From NCBI GenBank assembly GCA_011109175.1, contig RDEW01000051.1, positions 242,685-306,684 of the forward strand: a stretch of DNA of 64,000 bases, read 5' to 3'. Made by a program: the position numbers and the translations under genes. Shown piece after piece: positions 62,430 to 64,000 of the stretch (within the stretch, counting starts at the first letter, position 1; each line of letters opens with the position of its first letter). The stretch is from Dicyema japonicum. Taxonomy: Eukaryota > Animalia > Dicyemida. The notes under the pieces are model-generated. The model saw only the letters and a program-made list of their open reading frames with translations, was not told the origin of the DNA and searched no databases.

Positions 62430-62700
62430 TAATAGTAAGTGCTTTTCCTCGTGTGGACTTGGTTAAGTGATTCCTTTGTGCTCTTTGCCTTTTTTACTTC
62501 CTAAGAGGAGTCATGTGATCTGCCTGTATCAGTAGAATCCCAGTGCTTGACAGGCTTTAAAAAAGGATCTGCTCTTCTCTACTCTCCTGTACTGGTTCCA
62601 CGAGATGTTTGATAGAGCTTCACTCCGACCGTTGGAACCGGATATACGCTAGTTGGACGTTAATCATCTCTTCCCCTTCTTATATCCGAGGTTATTAAAA
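62430..62700 (+). mobile_element. SINE1 copy
   Basis: GAGTCATGTGATCTGCCTGTATCAG..CCCAGTG; CACTCCGACCGTTGGAAC; TATCCGAGGTTATTAAAA. Confidence 0.75.
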
Positions 62701-62859
62701 TTTATAAACCACTCACTCTTAGCCAAATTTCTGATGTACTCCCAAACTGTCCTTGTTCATGTAAATGCTGTGTCAAATACGACTTCCCCCTAACTACTAC
62801 AAAACTCGTCATTTTGGTAACGATAGAATGTTAGGCTAAACAGAGATCAGAGACTGGTG

Positions 62860-63150
62860 AGCTGTGGTGTCTTAGTTCAGGTCCACACTCTCTGCAACTG
62901 GACTGGAGTCAATCCTCCCTAATGCAAGATCATAAACGTGACATGCTTAAAGAACGACTCTTCTCAAGGGCTATCAACAGTATTTGCATTTTTCCCGGGA
63001 ATATCCATCACCAATGATAACTCCACTGGAGCGGTTTCCACAACAATAAGTAATGGACGTCTTTTACCATTTATGCGATTCCGAATGGACTCTATTAGGT
63101 GAAACTAGATACACTAACTAGTTGTTTACTTTATCTGTATCCGGGGGTTT
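62860..63150 (+). mobile_element. SINE1-related copy (diverged head)
   Basis: GGTTTCCACAAC..TAATGGACGTCTTTTACC..ATGGACTC..GATACACTAA..GTATCCGGGGG, shared with the 49079 and 50700 copies. Confidence 0.65.
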
Positions 63151-64000
63151 TTTTTATTTAACCCAAAAACACCAATAGTTAATCTCGTTGAAATTAATTA
63201 GGTGATCCCGACGATCATGAAGAGTTTTCTCAGCTTCTCCCGATGCCGGATTGTTGACCCAACACAGTCACGGTATGGGCGGGGGACAGTGTTCGTGAGA
63301 AAGCTCACTGGGGTGATGTGCTTCTGGAAACTTGACACAGGACGGACTGTCGACGACAGGTCCTTCTGGAGGATTAACGTCAAAAGCTCTTGCCGTTTTG
63401 CTCAATAAGATGGTCAAAGGGACTGGGTGGAATGTTGTTCAGTTTTGAGATGTGCATTATAATAGTCGCAGCTCGACATAGGGTGTTATCAACTTTAAGA
63501 CGGTTGGTCCACGAGAGATTAAACCCATGCTGCACAGGCGTAACTGATTGTTGGCTCGATGAATTGCTTATAGAGAATACCGAGAGCAGGAATGACTTTT
63601 TTATTCCACCAAATATGGTTTTGATTAAACCAATTTTTCTCTGACAAGTTCCAATGGTCTTGTCAATATGGATAGAAGAACACATGTGCGTATCAAAAAT
63701 TTTAGGGTTCTTCGTAAAAGGGATTTTTTCGATGTCCAGGAATAGATCCACGGTACATCTTCCGAGCCTTTTATCCGAGGTAAATAGAGTGGTGGAGGAT
63801 TTTTCGGGAGATATGTTCATCCGGTTTTGTGTAGCCAAGTTTAAATTTGAAGCAAGAGTTCTTGTAATTTTTTGAAGCATCACGTGAAATAATGAGTAGG
63901 TCATCAGCATAAGCGAGAATTATCGAGTCTTCAATAACTGGGTTGGGAATGTCGGAAAGGTATGAGTTGAATAGGGCAGGAGACAGGGGGAGCATTGGGG
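63150..64000 (-). mobile_element. Jockey/I-like LINE RT 3' part (ends VGIT*); runs off the right edge
   Basis: LSPALFNSYLSDIP, LAYADDLLII, ISPEKSSTTLFTSDKR, IPFTKNPKI. Confidence 0.9.

Overview
A 64-kb eukaryotic genomic window, AT-rich (GC roughly 35-40% by eye), with one 555-nt scaffold gap at 22044-22598. It is not bacterial or phage DNA, and it has no CRISPR array, rRNA or complete tRNA gene. The genes are animal-type (CaMKII with hub domain, an Ig-superfamily membrane protein, GATAD1, COG8, ITPK1, CRLS1, an SLC7 cationic amino-acid transporter, TDH, a UBE2K-like E2 and a ZIFL-like MFS transporter). Nearly all their introns are 20-29-nt GT-AG introns. That architecture fits a dicyemid mesozoan, which is an inference I cannot confirm without a search. 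Compact gene islands bounded by very AT-rich tracts alternate with blocks of decayed transposons: RTE, Jockey/I-like and CRE-like non-LTR elements, two tRNA-derived SINE families, pogo/Tigger, hAT and Ty3/gypsy fragments. The strongest unexplained signal is the palindrome CACGTG: at least 47 copies by manual count against about 7 expected from base composition, concentrated inside gene bodies and apparently replacing conserved residues in two cases. Other leads are a UBE2K-like E2 lacking its catalytic Cys, an apparent GT-GG micro-intron consistent with length-based 3' splice-site choice, a SINE family with an unrecognised core and LINE-derived tail, a pogo element carrying a captured intron/exon junction, and an interstitial degenerate telomere-like array. 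Many genes carry 1-nt homopolymer frameshifts that are most likely assembly errors. Coordinates were read by eye; transposon and hypothetical-gene boundaries are approximate.
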